In this document: positions 39,712 through 41,413 of the stretch, piece after piece
Position numbering within the stretch: position 1 is the stretch's first letter
Layout: each line of letters starts with the position of its first letter
From: a virus
Lineage: Duplodnaviria; Heunggongvirae; Uroviricota; Caudoviricetes
Reading direction: 5' to 3' (one strand)
Virus record (IMG/VR): IMGVR_UViG_2541047940_000004
Span: 1-41,413 of that record
Length of the DNA stretch: 41,413 nt
Position numbers and translations under genes: made by a program
The notes under the pieces: model-generated
Database searches by the model: none
Told to the model about the DNA's origin: nothing
What the model saw: only the letters and a program-made list of their open reading frames with translations

Positions 39712-39726
39712 CTGCAGGGGACACCA
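39712..39726 (+). repeat. attR core: 15-nt copy of the argW tRNA 3' end (CTGCAGGGGACACCA)
   Basis: Matches the 3' terminus of E. coli argW as recalled; upstream bases do not continue the tRNA, so this is a partial copy left by integration. Confidence 0.7.
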
Positions 39727-40165
39727 GATACCCTTCAAACGATATCTACCTTCACCCCGTAAAAGATAAGTTTGGCAGCACATTTGCCCTATCTACTCAT
39801 TTTTCCTGCAACAGGTTGAAATCTCAACACGGTCAGAAAACGCTGATGACTAAACAGCCCTGGGCTGGGCGATGTAACCATCACACACAATCCTGATCGC
39901 GAAATATGGCGTGACTTGATACTTCACTCCACAATGCTTTCCTTGATGAATTCGCAGGCCCGTGATACACGGGACAGGTCGCTGAATTACGACAATGCCC
40001 TGGAAATCAGCGAGCCGTGTATCCGGAGTACATTTGAGCGACTGTACCAGAACATGAATGAGGCGTTTGGATTAGGCGATTATTAGCAGGGCTAAGCATT
40101 TTGGTATTATTATTTTCCGGTTGAGGGATATAGAGCTATCGACAACAACCGGAAAAAGTTTACGT

Positions 40166-41413
40166 TTATATTGCTGAAGGTACTGGCGTTTCCATCACTA
40201 TTTGCTCACGTTTTTTACTCAGGAAGAAAATGCCAAATAGCAACATCAGGCAGACAATACCCGAAATTGCGAAAAAAACCGTCTGGTAGCCTGCGTGGTC
40301 AAAGAGTATCCCAGTCGGCGTTGAAAGCAGCACAATCCCCAACGAACTGGCAATTTGAAAACCAATCAGAAAGATCGTCGACGACAGGCGCTTATCAAAA
40401 TTTGCCACGCTGTATTTGAAGACGGATATGACACAAAGTGGAACCTCAATGGCATGTAACAGCTTCACTAATGAAATAATCCAGGGGTTAACGAATAGCG
40501 CGCAGGAAAGGATACGCAACGCCATAATCACAACACCGATAAGTAATGCATTTTTTGGCCCTACCCGATTCACAAAGAAAGGAATAATCGCCATGCACAG
40601 CGCTTCGAGTACCACCTGGAATGAGTTGAGATAACCATACAGGCGCGTTCCTACATCGTGGGATTCGAATAAACCTGCATAAAAGACAGGAAAGAGTTGT
40701 TGATCAAAAATGTTATAGAAAGACCACGTCCCCACAATAAATATGACGAAAACCCAGAAGTTTCGATCCTTGAAAACTGCGATAAAATCCTCTTTTTTTA
40801 CCCCTCCCACATCCGCCGCTACGCACTGGTGTTCCTGCTCTTTAAAACGCATGTTGATCATCATAAATACAGCGCCAAATAGAGAGACCAACCAGAAGTT
40901 GATATGGGGACTGATACTAAAAAATATGCCAGCAAAGAATGCGCCAATAGCATAGCCAAAAGATCCCCAGGCGCGCGCTGTTCCATATTCGAAATGAAAA
41001 TTTCGCGCCATTTTTTCGGTGAAGCTGTCAAGCAAACCGCATCCCGCCAGATACCCCAGACCAAAAAAGAGCGCCCCCAGAATTAAACCTACAGAAAAAT
41101 TGCTTTGCAGTAACGGTTCATAAACGTAAATCATAAACGGTCCGGTCAAGACCAAGATGAAACTCATACACCAGATGAGCGGTTTCTTCAGACCGAGTTT
41201 ATCCTGAACGATGCCGTAGAACATCATAAATAGAATGCTGGTAAACTGGTTGACCGAATAAAGTGTACCTAATTCCGTCCCTGTCAACCCTAGATGTCCT
41301 TTCAGCCAAATAGCGTATAATGACCACCACAGCGACCAGGAAATAAAAAAGAGAAATGAGTAACTGGATGCAAAACGATAGTACGCATTTCTGAATGGAA
41401 TATTCAGTGCCAT
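40166..41413 (-). CDS. cscB: LacY-family oligosaccharide:H+ symporter, CscB-like sucrose permease (host gene)
   Basis: 415 aa with about 12 hydrophobic segments; matches E. coli CscB as recalled (MALNIPFRNAYYRFASSYSFLFF...); the csc locus is known to sit at argW. Confidence 0.8.
   Translation of the reverse strand: MALNIPFRNAYYRFASSYSFLFFISWSLWWSLYAIWLKGHLGLTGTELGTLYSVNQFTSILFMMFYGIVQDKLGLKKPLIWCMSFILVLTGPFMIYVYEPLLQSNFSVGLILGALFFGLGYLAGCGLLDSFTEKMARNFHFEYGTARAWGSFGYAIGAFFAGIFFSISPHINFWLVSLFGAVFMMINMRFKEQEHQCVAADVGGVKKEDFIAVFKDRNFWVFVIFIVGTWSFYNIFDQQLFPVFYAGLFESHDVGTRLYGYLNSFQVVLEALCMAIIPFFVNRVGPKNALLIGVVIMALRILSCALFVNPWIISLVKLLHAIEVPLCVISVFKYSVANFDKRLSSTIFLIGFQIASSLGIVLLSTPTGILFDHAGYQTVFFAISGIVCLMLLFGIFFLSKKREQIVMETPVPSAI

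Larger units (their letters stand above)
1..39726. mobile_element. P22-like lambdoid prophage, near-complete, integrated at argW
   Basis: Contiguous phage modules (int, tailspike, immI, virion genes in P22 order, lysis, Q, nin, replication, immC, early-left, xis) ending in a 15-nt argW 3' copy at 39712-39726; left boundary lies outside the window. Confidence 0.85.

Noticed and set aside
39708-39896. Track ORF (+, 62 aa) spanning the att core into host DNA
   Set aside because: It crosses the prophage/host junction and tRNA-derived core with no RBS; likely spurious
40111-40155. Rho-independent terminator for cscB
   Set aside because: The 11-bp inverted repeat is clear but no T-run follows on either strand, so it is noted only as an inverted repeat

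Overview
The window is almost entirely one near-complete P22-like lambdoid prophage (about 39.7 kb, positions 1 to ~39726), integrated at the argW tRNA site next to a cscB-like sucrose permease gene (40166-41413). The left end carries a P4-type tyrosine integrase, and the right end carries an AlpA/Xis-like gene followed by a 15-nt copy of the argW 3' end (attR core). The matching attL copy must lie just upstream of the window and cannot be seen. Read from the right on the minus strand, the layout is: early-left operon (N-like antiterminator, RecT-type recombinase, Ead/Ea22-like genes), P22 immC (c2, cro, operators), c1/cII, replication genes (O-like with internal iteron-like repeats, DnaB-type helicase), nin region, Q, two phage tRNA-like genes, a phage-21-type lysis cassette, rha, and a P22-order virion module (terminase to ejection proteins). 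The immI region follows (mnt, arc, ant with P22-identical Mnt and Arc operators), then a tailspike with a P22-type head-binding N-terminus. The most interesting unexplained content is an AT-rich, translationally coupled two-gene cassette (239-aa unknown protein plus 182-aa PIN-like nuclease) with a small membrane ORF, sitting where P22 carries sieA. Other accessory insertions are an extra ORF between arc and ant, and a moron inserted into the 3' end of the N gene that leaves an N C-terminal remnant downstream. Family-level calls rest on my recall of reference proteins and on P22 gene order and size; no searches were run, and all coordinates for small ORFs, terminators and tRNAs were derived by hand.
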